Below are positions 10,183-19,022 of a stretch of 64,000 nt of DNA, piece after piece; position 1 is the first letter of the stretch, and each line of letters begins with the position of its first letter. This stretch comes from a bacterium (GTDB lineage: Bacteria; Patescibacteriota; Andersenbacteria; UBA10190; CAIZMI01). The notes beneath the pieces were generated by a model. It saw only the letters and a list, made by a program, of their open reading frames with translations, was not told the origin of the DNA and did not search any database. The position numbers and the translations under genes are program-made. The DNA is taken from assembly GCA_030647555.1 (NCBI GenBank), contig JAUSJG010000007.1:36169-100168 (forward strand), written 5' to 3'.

Positions 10183-10707
10183 TTATTCTCCTTTCTTTAC
10201 TTCCGGTTGAGCTTCTACTACTTCGGTTACTTTAGCTTTTTTCAACGGTCGAGCTTGCATCGCGGTAAGGGCCATTATTGTCGCTTTTACGACATTCAAG
10301 CTGTTGTGGGAACCCATCATTTTGCTGGACAAATCACGTAAACCGCCAAGCAAGGCAACCGAACGAATAGGGCCACCGGCAATAATACCGGAACCTTGCG
10401 GAGCCGGTTTTAAGAAAACTGTGGCGCCACGAAAGGTGCGAGTAATTTCATGCGGGATTGTTCCGCCTTCAATAATGAAGCGAACGACGTTTTTCTTAGC
10501 CGATTCTTGCGCTTTGCTAATTGCGTTTTGCACATCCGCGCCCTTGGAAACACCCAAACCGACATTACCGCGCTTGTCGCCAATAATTACCGTGGCGCGA
10601 AAACGGAAACGACGTCCACCTTTAACCACGCGCGTCACACGACGTAATTCAACTACGCGATGGTCAAATTGGTCGTCACTTTGTCCTGGAAATTTTTGGA
10701 ATGCCAT
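10183..10707 (-). CDS. rpsE: 30S ribosomal protein uS5
   Basis: RVTRVVKGGRRFRF, GSGIIAGG; true start MAFQK at the end of the hairpin element. Confidence 0.97.
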   Translation of the reverse strand: MAFQKFPGQSDDQFDHRVVELRRVTRVVKGGRRFRFRATVIIGDKRGNVGLGVSKGADVQNAISKAQESAKKNVVRFIIEGGTIPHEITRTFRGATVFLKPAPQGSGIIAGGPIRSVALLGGLRDLSSKMMGSHNSLNVVKATIMALTAMQARPLKKAKVTEVVEAQPEVKKGE

Positions 10708-10717
10708 ACCCAGTATA

Positions 10718-10849
10718 TCAACTTCCAATTTGAACAAACTTTGTTTGTTCAAAACTGGCAAGCATTAAGGTTAATTTATTTCGCTTAGTCATATGTTTGA
10801 TTGATGAATAATCTATTTTCATGAAATTGGAAGTTGTATTACTGGGCAT
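10718..10849 (-). CDS. Bridge sORF, family 1 copy E1 (43 aa MPSNTTSNF...FVQIGS), between rplR and rpsE
   Basis: Hand-translated, open ATG to TGA; lies inside inverted repeat 10705-10850. Confidence 0.6.
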   Translation of the reverse strand: MPSNTTSNFMKIDYSSIKHMTKRNKLTLMLASFEQTKFVQIGS

Positions 10850-10864
10850 GGTAATTAGTTTATA

Positions 10865-11245
10865 TTAGAATTCAAGTCCGCCACTTCGAGCGCCATCGGC
10901 TACAGCCTTCACTACGCCGTGATACAAATAACCACCGCGATCAAAAACAACTTTCTTAATACCGGCCTTTTTGGCCTTTTCCGCCAAATTTTCACCTAGC
11001 GCAAAACCTTTTGCAACACGCGCGGTACGCTCTTTAGTTGCTTTGATTTTCTTATCTAATTCTTGATCGCGCGCCGAAACAAGTGTTTTGCTGTTGGCAT
11101 CATCGATCAGTTGCAAAATCAAATGTTTGTTACTGCGATAAACAGACAAACGAGGAAGTTCCGCAACACCGGAAACACGGCTACGAATGCGGTTGTGGCG
11201 CTTTAAGCGATTAACTTTTCTTGTGATAGATGGAGATTTAAACAT
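10865..11245 (-). CDS. rplR: 50S ribosomal protein uL18
   Basis: PRLSVYRSNKH, FDRGGYLYHG. Confidence 0.97.
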   Translation of the reverse strand: MFKSPSITRKVNRLKRHNRIRSRVSGVAELPRLSVYRSNKHLILQLIDDANSKTLVSARDQELDKKIKATKERTARVAKGFALGENLAEKAKKAGIKKVVFDRGGYLYHGVVKAVADGARSGGLEF

Positions 11246-11265
11246 ATATTTGAATACTAGTTAAC

Positions 11266-11823
11266 TTATTTGCTATCGGTACCGCCAACAACCTTACCAA
11301 CCTTACGGCGAACATATTCGCCAACATAGCGGATACCCTTTCCTTTATATGGTTCCGGTTTGCGGGTCTTGCGGATAATTGCCGCTGTTTCACCAACCAA
11401 ATACTTATCAATACCGGTAATAGTGATAATACCTTTTTCAACGGCGAAACTGATGCCAGCCGGCGCAGGAATTTCCACTGGATGCGAATAACCAACCAGC
11501 AAAACAAGCGTACTGCCTTTCACTTCCGCGCGGTAACCGACACCTTGCACTTCCAATTTCTTTTCAAAACCAGCCGTAACGCCGGTGACAAGGTTTTGAA
11601 CTAACGCGCGAGACATTCCCCACAAGGCACCGATACCACCGATTTTTTCATCAGAAGTCTTCGGACGAACGACAATCGTTTCGTTTTCCAAAACGGCTTC
11701 AACGGCCGGATGCAAAGTCAAAGAAAGCGTGCCCTTAGGACCGGCAACAGAAACAGCACTACCATTAATTGTGACGGTGACGCCAGCAGTTACTTTGATA
11801 GGATTTTTACCAATTCTTGACAT
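11266..11823 (-). CDS. rplF: 50S ribosomal protein uL6
   Basis: MSRIGK, GVGYRA, PEPYKGKGIRY. Confidence 0.97.
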   Translation of the reverse strand: MSRIGKNPIKVTAGVTVTINGSAVSVAGPKGTLSLTLHPAVEAVLENETIVVRPKTSDEKIGGIGALWGMSRALVQNLVTGVTAGFEKKLEVQGVGYRAEVKGSTLVLLVGYSHPVEIPAPAGISFAVEKGIITITGIDKYLVGETAAIIRKTRKPEPYKGKGIRYVGEYVRRKVGKVVGGTDSK

Positions 11824-11833
11824 ACCCAGTATA

Positions 11834-11968
11834 TCAACCGCCAATGCAAGCGTTGAAACGCTTGCAAAAATCGGCCGAGATGAAGAATAAAGATGACATT
11901 TGAGTGATTCTAGAGTTTAATATAATTCTATTAACTTTGCAATAATTGGCGGTTGTATTACTGGGCAT
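11834..11968 (-). CDS. Bridge sORF, family 1 copy E2 (44 aa MPSNTTANY...ACIGG), between rpsH and rplF
   Basis: Hand-translated, open; lies inside inverted repeat 11821-11968. Confidence 0.6.
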   Translation of the reverse strand: MPSNTTANYCKVNRIILNSRITQMSSLFFISADFCKRFNACIGG

Positions 11969-11978
11969 AATATTATAA

Positions 11979-12365
11979 TTACCAAACTTTACAAATAACT
12001 TCTCCACCAATTTTCTGACGGCGCGCTTCTTTGTCGGTCATCAAACCTTTTGAGGTGGAGATAACCGCGATACCGATACCGGACAAAACATGAGGAATTT
12101 CATCTTGACGCACATACCAACGACGGGACGGTTTGCTGACGCGCTGGATATCATTAATCACCGGGACAGTATCTTGATACAAAAGTGTCATTTCTAAAAC
12201 ACGCTGTGGGCCTTCTTCCATCGTTGTAACCGGACCAATCATGCCTTCTTTGCGAAGCACATCGGCAATTTGATGCTTAAGTTTAGAGTATGGAACACGT
12301 ACAACAGTAAGCCTTGCCGCCGAAGCGTTCTTGATACTCGTTACCATGTTTGCAATTTGATCCAT
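11979..12365 (-). CDS. rpsH: 30S ribosomal protein uS8
   Basis: SKPSRRWY, STSKGLMTD, GGEVIC. Confidence 0.97.
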   Translation of the reverse strand: MDQIANMVTSIKNASAARLTVVRVPYSKLKHQIADVLRKEGMIGPVTTMEEGPQRVLEMTLLYQDTVPVINDIQRVSKPSRRWYVRQDEIPHVLSGIGIAVISTSKGLMTDKEARRQKIGGEVICKVW

Positions 12366-12379
12366 AATATAGAATATTG

Positions 12380-12667
12380 TTAGATTAAACTATTTTTATC
12401 AGCAAATCCTTCACCGGACACATTTGGGGTTTTTATCAACTCCCTAATTTTCAATTTACAATTATCAATTTTCAATGAATTATCAATGCTTCCAGCCTTC
12501 GCCAAGGCTTCGGCCGGCAAGAAATTTTCAAACAACGACGCTACGCTCCGTTTTGATAATTTAAATAATTGAAAATTAATTGCAAAATTGATCATTGATA
12601 ATTGATAATTTGCAAACGTTAATTTACGAATTTCCCCCGTTGCTTTGTTTGAGATTAATGATTTCAT
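12380..12667 (-). CDS. Bridge sORF, family 2 (95 aa), between rpsN and rpsH
   Basis: ORF spans an AT-rich palindrome and ends KNSLI. Confidence 0.5.
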   Translation of the reverse strand: MKSLISNKATGEIRKLTFANYQLSMINFAINFQLFKLSKRSVASLFENFLPAEALAKAGSIDNSLKIDNCKLKIRELIKTPNVSGEGFADKNSLI

Positions 12668-12689
12668 AAGAGTATATAAGTATGTTCTA

Positions 12690-12875
12690 TTACCAAGACG
12701 CTTTTTTCACTCCGGGGATTTCACCACGACTGGCAAGCTCTCTGAAGCAAATACGACACATATCGAAATCACGCATATACCCACGACGACGACCACAACG
12801 GAAACATCTTCGAACAATTCGTGTAGAAAACTTCGGCTTCTTCTTTGCTTTCGCGATTTGTGAGGCTTTAGCCAT
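12690..12875 (-). CDS. rpsN: 30S ribosomal protein uS14, Zn-binding type
   Basis: [25 protein letters not shown]. Confidence 0.97.
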   Translation of the reverse strand: MAKASQIAKAKKKPKFSTRIVRRCFRCGRRRGYMRDFDMCRICFRELASRGEIPGVKKASW

Positions 12876-12899
12876 AAGTAAATATTAGATTCGTAATAA

Positions 12900-13514
12900 T
12901 TAAGCGTGCTTCTTGCTACTCGTCTTTTTTTGAACTCCGAAAACCTTCGTGTCTTCAATCGCCGCGTCTGTCAGCGGGAAACCAATACTTTCAAACAAAA
13001 CTTTCGCTTCTTCCTTATTCTTGGCAGTGGTAACAACCGTAACTTGCAAGCCGAAGATCGTTTCAATTTTCTGCGGATCTACTTCCGGAAAGGCAGCCGC
13101 TTCGCGAATCCCGACGGACATGTTGCCATTCTGATCGATACATTTGCTTTGAACACCACGGAAATCTCGAACACGAGGAAAAACAACATGAATCAGTTTC
13201 TTCAAAAAGTCGTCCATACGCTTACCACGCAATGTAACCATTAAACCGGCAACTTGATTTTCGCGAAGTTTAAAACCGGCAATGGATTTCTTGGATAATG
13301 TTTGGGCCGGTTTTTGGCCGGTGAGCAAAACCAAACCTTTTTCCACGTCTTCCAAAAACTTACCTTCTTTGGCGTGCTTACCAACACCCGACGCCACAAC
13401 AATGTGATCAACCCTTGGTAAGGACATCAAATTCTCACGTTTCAATTTTTCTTTCAAAATTGGCAACGCGTTTTGGAGATATGTTTCTTTGGAGTTGAGA
13501 CTAGACTTCGTCAT
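12900..13514 (-). CDS. rplE: 50S ribosomal protein uL5
   Basis: TGQKP, SIAGFKLRE, VTLRG, PRVRDFRG. Confidence 0.97.
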   Translation of the reverse strand: MTKSSLNSKETYLQNALPILKEKLKRENLMSLPRVDHIVVASGVGKHAKEGKFLEDVEKGLVLLTGQKPAQTLSKKSIAGFKLRENQVAGLMVTLRGKRMDDFLKKLIHVVFPRVRDFRGVQSKCIDQNGNMSVGIREAAAFPEVDPQKIETIFGLQVTVVTTAKNKEEAKVLFESIGFPLTDAAIEDTKVFGVQKKTSSKKHA

Positions 13515-13524
13515 ACCCCGTATA

Positions 13525-13659
13525 TCAACCGCCAATGCAAGCGTTGAAACGCTTGCAAAAACCGGTCGAGATGAAAAATAAAGATAACATTTGAGTGATT
13601 CTAGAGTTTAATATATTTCTATTAACTTTGCAATAATTGGCGGTTGTATTACGGGGCAT
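13525..13659 (-). CDS. Bridge sORF, family 1 copy E3 (44 aa MPRNTTANY...ACIGG), between rplX and rplE
   Basis: Open; near-identical to E2; lies inside inverted repeat 13512-13659. Confidence 0.6.
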   Translation of the reverse strand: MPRNTTANYCKVNRNILNSRITQMLSLFFISTGFCKRFNACIGG

Positions 13660-13663
13660 ATAT

Positions 13664-14017
13664 TTAAGCAATAATAGCTGAACATTTTTTGCAAATTCGA
13701 TCACGGGTACTCTTGCCGTCCGTCGCAACCGTGCGTCTTAATCCGACGCGCGTGGCTTTTCCGCAAGACGGACAAATAAGCATTGTGCGAGAAACCGGAA
13801 CCTTTGACGGAATAGCAACCGTTTGTCCTTTTTCACCGGCTTTACGCGGACGAATGTGTTTCTTTACGATATTGGCGCCATCTACAACCAAACGACCTTC
13901 TTTAGGAAATACAACCAACACCTTTCCCGTCTTGTCACGATCTTTACCGGACAACATTTTTACGGTGTCGCCTTTCTTAATCTTTATCTTCAACACTTTT
14001 TCAAGTTTCTTTACCAT
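13664..14017 (-). CDS. rplX: 50S ribosomal protein uL24
   Basis: [21 protein letters not shown] motif; CxxC/CxxC. Confidence 0.96.
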   Translation of the reverse strand: MVKKLEKVLKIKIKKGDTVKMLSGKDRDKTGKVLVVFPKEGRLVVDGANIVKKHIRPRKAGEKGQTVAIPSKVPVSRTMLICPSCGKATRVGLRRTVATDGKSTRDRICKKCSAIIA

Positions 14018-14382
14018 ACTTCTGGGGCTAATGAAATAATTTTTTGATAACCTTTATCACGCACTTCACGCGCGATGGGTCCAAAAATACGCGTTCCCAT
14101 CGGTTCCTTCGAATCTTTTTGCAAAACCACCGCCGCGTTCTCATCAAAACGAATATGGGAACCATCCGCGCGAGAAACTTCTTTGCGTTGACGAACAACA
14201 ACCGCTCTCACCACATCACCCTTTTTTACCAAGCCACGCGGTTGCGCCGATTTAACGGAACAAACAATCATATCACCCATATAAGAATAGCGACGACCGG
14301 TGTTACCGATAACTTTTATACACTGCAAAAGTGTCGCTCCGGAGTTGTCGGCAACCGAAAGCATTGTGCGCATCTGAATCAT
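14011..14382 (-). CDS. rplN: 50S ribosomal protein uL14
   Basis: VADNSGA, FDENAAV, GTRIFGP, SLAPEV. Confidence 0.98.
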   Translation of the reverse strand: MIQMRTMLSVADNSGATLLQCIKVIGNTGRRYSYMGDMIVCSVKSAQPRGLVKKGDVVRAVVVRQRKEVSRADGSHIRFDENAAVVLQKDSKEPMGTRIFGPIAREVRDKGYQKIISLAPEVW

Positions 14383-14687
14383 ACTGTTTCTCCTTTAATT
14401 ACGGCCGATGTAACAATACTCACTAAGCGAAAATTCTTACGGGCGGACATTGGACGACATTTTTCAATCGTCACCTTATCATTCATTTTCGCTTCCCCTT
14501 TTTCATCATGCACCAAATATTTCTTTGAACGACTATATTGCTTGTGTAATTTCAAATGCCATACCAAACGGTCCACTTTAACCGCAATTGTTTTGGTCAT
14601 CTTTCCTGCAGACACGACAATCCCAGTCAACCGTTGCGGGTGTTTTTCAGATACTACTTCTTCTGTTTTTTGAGTAACTTTAGTCAT
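14379..14687 (-). CDS. rpsQ: 30S ribosomal protein uS17
   Basis: [25 protein letters not shown]. Confidence 0.96.
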   Translation of the reverse strand: MTKVTQKTEEVVSEKHPQRLTGIVVSAGKMTKTIAVKVDRLVWHLKLHKQYSRSKKYLVHDEKGEAKMNDKVTIEKCRPMSARKNFRLVSIVTSAVIKGETV

Positions 14688-14698
14688 GGCCCCGTATA

Positions 14699-14830
14699 TC
14701 AACTTCCAATTTGAACAAACTTTGTTTGTTCAAAACTGGCAAGCATTAAAATTAAAACTTTTTGCACGTTCATATTTTTTCTGATTAAGTAATTCATTAT
14801 TTTAAAATTGGAAGTTGTATTTCGGGGCAT
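14699..14830 (-). CDS. Bridge sORF, family 1 copy E4 (43 aa MPRNTTSNF...FVQIGS), between rpmC and rpsQ
   Basis: Hand-translated, open; lies inside inverted repeat 14683-14833. Confidence 0.6.
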   Translation of the reverse strand: MPRNTTSNFKIMNYLIRKNMNVQKVLILMLASFEQTKFVQIGS

Positions 14831-14834
14831 GACT

Positions 14835-15116
14835 TTATTTCGTAGATGAATGAGAATTATTCTCATGTTCCGTAAGAATTGTCAACCCTTCGACGTTGCT
14901 CAGGGTTGACCCCTCGACTCGGCTCGGGGATAACCGTGACTCGTGTAGAACGGTCAAGCATCTCGCTAATTCATGACGGACCATCGATAATTTCTTAACA
15001 TTTTTTTCGCTTCCCTTCGCCGACCCAAAACGCATTTGTTCAATTTGGGCACGCAATTCTTCTACTTTGACTTTCAAAGTTTCCGGCGCAATTTGTCTTA
15101 ATTCTTTTGCTTTCAT
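14835..15116 (-). CDS. rpmC: 50S ribosomal protein uL29 with a repeat-derived C-terminal extension
   Basis: MKAKELRQ...VRHELARCLTVLHE; operon position. Confidence 0.92.
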   Translation of the reverse strand: MKAKELRQIAPETLKVKVEELRAQIEQMRFGSAKGSEKNVKKLSMVRHELARCLTVLHESRLSPSRVEGSTLSNVEGLTILTEHENNSHSSTK

Positions 15117-15126
15117 ACCCAGTATA

Positions 15127-15258
15127 TCAACTTCCAATATAAGCAATCGCGGATTGCTTATATTTAATTATAACTAAGCTTGCATTCTTCATATTATTCT
15201 GAATCAAATTTTGCTTGGAAATAAATTTCATAATATTGGAAGTTGTATTACTGGGCAT
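15127..15258 (-). CDS. Bridge sORF, family 1 copy E5 (43 aa MPSNTTSNI...IAYIGS), between rplP and rpmC
   Basis: Hand-translated, open; lies inside inverted repeat 15114-15258. Confidence 0.6.
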   Translation of the reverse strand: MPSNTTSNIMKFISKQNLIQNNMKNASLVIIKYKQSAIAYIGS

Positions 15259-15263
15259 AGGAT

Positions 15264-15686
15264 TTACAAAGATGATGTTTTACAAACAAAGGCGGTTTTT
15301 ACCGGCAATTTGTCGGAAGCCAAACGGATCGCGCGTTTTGTTGTTGCTTCATCCAATCCGTCAACTTCTAAAATAATACGCCCTCTGCGCACAACCGCCA
15401 CAAAGTGGTCGACCGCGCCCTTACCGGATCCCATTGGTACTTCCGCGCCCTTCTTCGTAATCGGCTTGTCCGGGAACACACGGATCCAAACTTTACCGGA
15501 ACGTTGCATAAAGCGTGTCATCGCGCGACGCGCCGCTTCCAGTTGACGCGCGGTAATCCAGCGACTTTCGAGCGCGCGCAAACCGTACTGGCCAAACGCT
15601 AACGTTGAACCGGCAACAGAGACTCCTCGCACCGAACCTTTTTGATGCTTACGGTGTTTGACTTTTTTGGGATTCAAAAGTGGCAT
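15264..15686 (-). CDS. rplP: 50S ribosomal protein uL16
   Basis: QLEAARRA, WIRVFPDKP, MGSGKG. Confidence 0.98.
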   Translation of the reverse strand: MPLLNPKKVKHRKHQKGSVRGVSVAGSTLAFGQYGLRALESRWITARQLEAARRAMTRFMQRSGKVWIRVFPDKPITKKGAEVPMGSGKGAVDHFVAVVRRGRIILEVDGLDEATTKRAIRLASDKLPVKTAFVCKTSSL

Positions 15687-15690
15687 AATA

Positions 15691-15951
15691 TTAGAAAATT
15701 TCAGCTAAATTGCGTTTATCAAACATTTCTGTAATCGAAGTTAAAATGTTTCGCAATATGCCACTAATTTTCAATTTACAATTATCAATTTTCAATGAAT
15801 TATCAATTCTTAAATTATCAAACAACGACGCGACGTTAATTTTTGAAAATTTAGATAATTGAAAATTAATTGCAAAATTGATAATTGATAATTGATAATT
15901 TACAAAACTCATTTTCTTATCCGAATCATTTTGTGACATAAGCATCTTCAT
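15691..15951 (-). CDS. Bridge sORF, family 2 (86 aa), between rpsC and rplP
   Basis: ATG 10 nt after the rpsC stop; TAA 4 nt before the rplP ATG. Confidence 0.5.
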   Translation of the reverse strand: MKMLMSQNDSDKKMSFVNYQLSIINFAINFQLSKFSKINVASLFDNLRIDNSLKIDNCKLKISGILRNILTSITEMFDKRNLAEIF

Positions 15952-15961
15952 AAATTCATTA

Positions 15962-16603
15962 TTATTCGCTAACTTTGTCATCGGTATACATCCAAACTTT
16001 GACACCGATCGTACCAAAGGTTGTAAACGCGGTCGCTTCACCATAAGTAATGTTGGCACGCAAAGTGTGTAAAGGAAGATTTCCATCGCCCAACCATTCC
16101 GTGCGGGCAATATCCGCGCCATTCAAACGGCCCTTAACCTTGATACGCGCCCCTTTGGCACCGGATTGCATAATACGACCTATCGATTGCTTCAAGATTC
16201 TGCGGAAAGGCATGCGACGTTCCAGTTGATCGGCAATTGATAATGCGACAGTACCGGCATCGCGATCCGGACGCTTAACTTCTTGAACATTTACGCGAAT
16301 ATCTTTTTCACTGCCCAAGCGTATACGCAATTCTTTACGCATTTCCTCGATACCACTGCCACCGCGTCCGATTACGACTGCCGGACGCGCCGTCTTAATA
16401 TTGAAAGTAATGGCGCGCGGTGTGCGTTCAATATCAACAACATGCACCATACCCGTGCGAAACTTATCGCGGACTAATTTACGCAAGATAGTATCTTCTT
16501 TTAACTGGGTACGATATTCCAAAGGACGATCAGCAAACCACCTGGAAGCCCAAGTACCTGTAATACCGATACGTAAACCGCGGGGATGACAACGATGAGA
16601 CAT
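15962..16603 (-). CDS. rpsC: 30S ribosomal protein uS3
   Basis: HPRGLRIG, VIGRGG, GRLNGADIAR, LHTLRA. Confidence 0.98.
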   Translation of the reverse strand: MSHRCHPRGLRIGITGTWASRWFADRPLEYRTQLKEDTILRKLVRDKFRTGMVHVVDIERTPRAITFNIKTARPAVVIGRGGSGIEEMRKELRIRLGSEKDIRVNVQEVKRPDRDAGTVALSIADQLERRMPFRRILKQSIGRIMQSGAKGARIKVKGRLNGADIARTEWLGDGNLPLHTLRANITYGEATAFTTFGTIGVKVWMYTDDKVSE

Positions 16604-16613
16604 AAAGTATATT

Positions 16614-16793
16614 TTAAATAAAGCTATTTTCCAGAAATAAATTACTGCTATTTTCCTTTCCTGATTCAGTTACGCCCAAAAATCTCAAACTCCAAATCCC
16701 AAATCCCAAAAACTTACTCGACGCAAAACCCGCGACGCGATTCAATGCGTTTTTGGACATTTGGTCATTGAGATTTTTTTGGAAATTGGTCAT
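16614..16793 (-). CDS. Bridge sORF (59 aa MTNFQKN...LENSFI), between rplV and rpsC
   Basis: Hand-translated, open, below the ORF-track cut-off; spans a CCAAT/TTGGG palindrome. Confidence 0.5.
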   Translation of the reverse strand: MTNFQKNLNDQMSKNALNRVAGFASSKFLGFGIWSLRFLGVTESGKENSSNLFLENSFI

Positions 16794-16813
16794 TGGAAAT
16801 TGGAAATTATCGT

Positions 16814-17344
16814 TTATCCTTCGCCTGCACGTCTTTGGAATGCTTGACGTGAACTCTTCGGCGAGGCGGCCTTTTTTACCGCGCCGGTTGAAGTCGCTTC
16901 TGTTTCCGTGCTCGTTTTCTCTTTCTTCACGGCAAGATCCTCCGCGGATAAATCTTCAATCTTTCGTCTTACAATTTCAGATTTCTTTCCTTCAATCTTC
17001 TTCTTACTTGGCTCACGTTCTGCTAAAAACATATCAATGTGGGAAGTCTTCTTTTCAATGCGGAAAGCGGCACCTTTGGATCTTGGCATAAAACGCTTAA
17101 GTTTCGTTCCACCACCAACTCGCACTTCCCTAACAAATAACTTCTCGGCATCCAATTCATAGTTATGTTTCGCGTTAGCAACCGCCGATTGCAAAAGTTT
17201 CAACAGAGGACCGGAACTGCGTTGTGGCAAAAACTGTAGAGTAGAAATCGCTTGCTTTATTGAAAGACCGCGTAGCTCTTTAGCTACCAAACGCACTTTG
17301 CGAGGGGCAATCCGTATAAAACCTAGTCGAGCGTGTATGTCCAT
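16814..17344 (-). CDS. rplV: 50S ribosomal protein uL22 with C-terminal extension
   Basis: RIAPRKVRLVA, SAVANA, KRFMPR..TSHI. Confidence 0.97.
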   Translation of the reverse strand: MDIHARLGFIRIAPRKVRLVAKELRGLSIKQAISTLQFLPQRSSGPLLKLLQSAVANAKHNYELDAEKLFVREVRVGGGTKLKRFMPRSKGAAFRIEKKTSHIDMFLAEREPSKKKIEGKKSEIVRRKIEDLSAEDLAVKKEKTSTETEATSTGAVKKAASPKSSRQAFQRRAGEG

Positions 17345-17676
17345 TACTTTCCTTTCTCTTCCGGCGCCTTCAGAGCGGAGGACGCGGCTAACGCAACTTT
17401 TTGCGCTTCTTCCTTGGCCATCTGACCACCGTGACGAATAAACTTACGCGTCGGAGAAAATTCACCAAGCTTGTGCCCAACCATATCTTCCGTGCAATTT
17501 ACGGTAATAAAATCTTTTCCGTTATGCACCTGAAATTGAACGCCAACCATTTCCGGTGTAATCGAGCAAGCTCGGGACCAGGTCTTAATTGGCGTACGAT
17601 CGCCCGGGCGCTTATTTTGCACCTTCTTAATTACCCGTTCGTCCACGTAGGGACCCTTCTTGAGAGATCGAGACAT
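17344..17676 (-). CDS. rpsS: 30S ribosomal protein uS19
   Basis: [22 protein letters not shown]. Confidence 0.98.
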   Translation of the reverse strand: MSRSLKKGPYVDERVIKKVQNKRPGDRTPIKTWSRACSITPEMVGVQFQVHNGKDFITVNCTEDMVGHKLGEFSPTRKFIRHGGQMAKEEAQKVALAASSALKAPEEKGK

Positions 17677-17677
17677 G

Positions 17678-17944
17678 TTAGGAAACCTTTAACGAAAAAT
17701 TAAGCAACTTACAACCATCTTCATTCAAACGATTATTCTCCTTAACAAGCCCCCAAATGTTCAATTTCCAATTACCAATTTTCAATAAATTATCAATGAT
17801 TAAATTATCAAATAACGCGCTCACGTCGTAGTATTTTGAAAATTCGAACTTTTGAAAATTATTTGAAAATTGCAAAATTGATAATTGAAAATTACCAATT
17901 CTTCTCAAGCTCTTCATTGTTTTATCCACAATAGATGGTTTCAT
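17678..17944 (-). CDS. Bridge sORF, family 2 (88 aa), between rplB and rpsS
   Basis: ATG 9 nt after the rplB stop; TAA 1 nt before the rpsS ATG. Confidence 0.55.
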   Translation of the reverse strand: MKPSIVDKTMKSLRRIGNFQLSILQFSNNFQKFEFSKYYDVSALFDNLIIDNLLKIGNWKLNIWGLVKENNRLNEDGCKLLNFSLKVS

Positions 17945-17953
17945 AATTTACTT

Positions 17954-18790
17954 TTATTTCTTCTTCCTTCTTTGAATAATAAACTGATTGGAATACTTCT
18001 TCTTATTTCTTGTCTTCACACCAAAAGCATGTTTACCCCACGGGGTTTTTGGATGACGCAAACCGATTGGGTTATGACCCTCACCACCACCGTGCGGATG
18101 ATCACAGGGATTCATGGCTTTTCCGCGGACACTTGGACGAATCCCCAAGCGACGATTTCTACCGGCAGCACCAATGCGTTCAATACGATGATCGGAATTA
18201 CTGACTTTGCCAATTGTAGCCCAACAACCGGCCGGCACCAAACGGATTTCACTGCTTGGCATTTTCAAGTGGGCGGAACCGCCTTCAACTTCTTGTAAAA
18301 TAGCGGACGAGCCGGCAGAACGAACGATTTGACCACCTTGTCCCGGGCGCAATTCAATGTTGAAAATTTCCGTACCGGATGGAATCGCCGTAAGTGGCAT
18401 ACGACAACCTATGCTCGGTTCCGTCTTTTCACCGGTTATCATTTTGTCGCCAACCTTGGCGCCTTCCCAGGCCAAATGATAACGCTTTTCACCATCCATA
18501 TAAGCAACCAATACGATAAAGCTTGTACGAATTGGATCATATTCCAAAGATTGAATCACACCTGGGATATCCAGTTTGTCTTGATGAAAATCGATCATGC
18601 GGTACATTTGACGCATTCCACCACCGTGATGACGCGTCGTAATACGACCAAGGTTATTGCGACCACCGGTCTTGCGCACAGAACTTCGAAGACGCTTTGG
18701 CGGACGGGCATGTCTGCTTAAAACACCGTAATCAACAACGGATGTTTTTCGGCGGGCCGGACTGGTTGGTTTGTAAATCTTTACAGGCAT
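17954..18790 (-). CDS. rplB: 50S ribosomal protein uL2
   Basis: GRNNLGRIT, EYDP, RGKAMNPCDHPHGGGEG. Confidence 0.98.
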   Translation of the reverse strand: MPVKIYKPTSPARRKTSVVDYGVLSRHARPPKRLRSSVRKTGGRNNLGRITTRHHGGGMRQMYRMIDFHQDKLDIPGVIQSLEYDPIRTSFIVLVAYMDGEKRYHLAWEGAKVGDKMITGEKTEPSIGCRMPLTAIPSGTEIFNIELRPGQGGQIVRSAGSSAILQEVEGGSAHLKMPSSEIRLVPAGCWATIGKVSNSDHRIERIGAAGRNRRLGIRPSVRGKAMNPCDHPHGGGEGHNPIGLRHPKTPWGKHAFGVKTRNKKKYSNQFIIQRRKKK

Positions 18791-18791
18791 A

Positions 18792-19022
18792 TCAGGAAGC
18801 TTTTAGGTTACAACTTAACTTATTCACATTTAATTTATTGATAACAACTACTGAATCTACAAAATCCCTAATTACCAATTTCCAATTACCAATTTCCAAT
18901 GAATGCCCAATTCCAAAATTTCCAAAAGGGACTACGCCAACATGCTTTGAAAATTTAGACATTTGAAAATTTGCAGTGGTATCAATATTCATTTTTGGGC
19001 AAATATTTTTCATAAAAGTCAT
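18792..19022 (-). CDS. Bridge sORF, family 2 (76 aa), between rplW and rplB
   Basis: ATGA overlap with the rplW stop; TGA 1 nt before the rplB ATG. Confidence 0.55.
   Translation of the reverse strand: MTFMKNICPKMNIDTTANFQMSKFSKHVGVVPFGNFGIGHSLEIGNWKLVIRDFVDSVVVINKLNVNKLSCNLKAS

Noticed and set aside
10708-15146. N-terminal extensions (..EVDILGM, MAVDILGM) given by the ORF track for rpsE, rplF, rplE, rpsQ and rpmC
   Set aside because: They come from reading the repeat's 3' arm; homology begins at the ATG that closes the hairpin.
10705-15258. Dispersed repeats as a CRISPR array
   Set aside because: They are inverted arms separated by whole genes, with no regular spacers and no cas genes.
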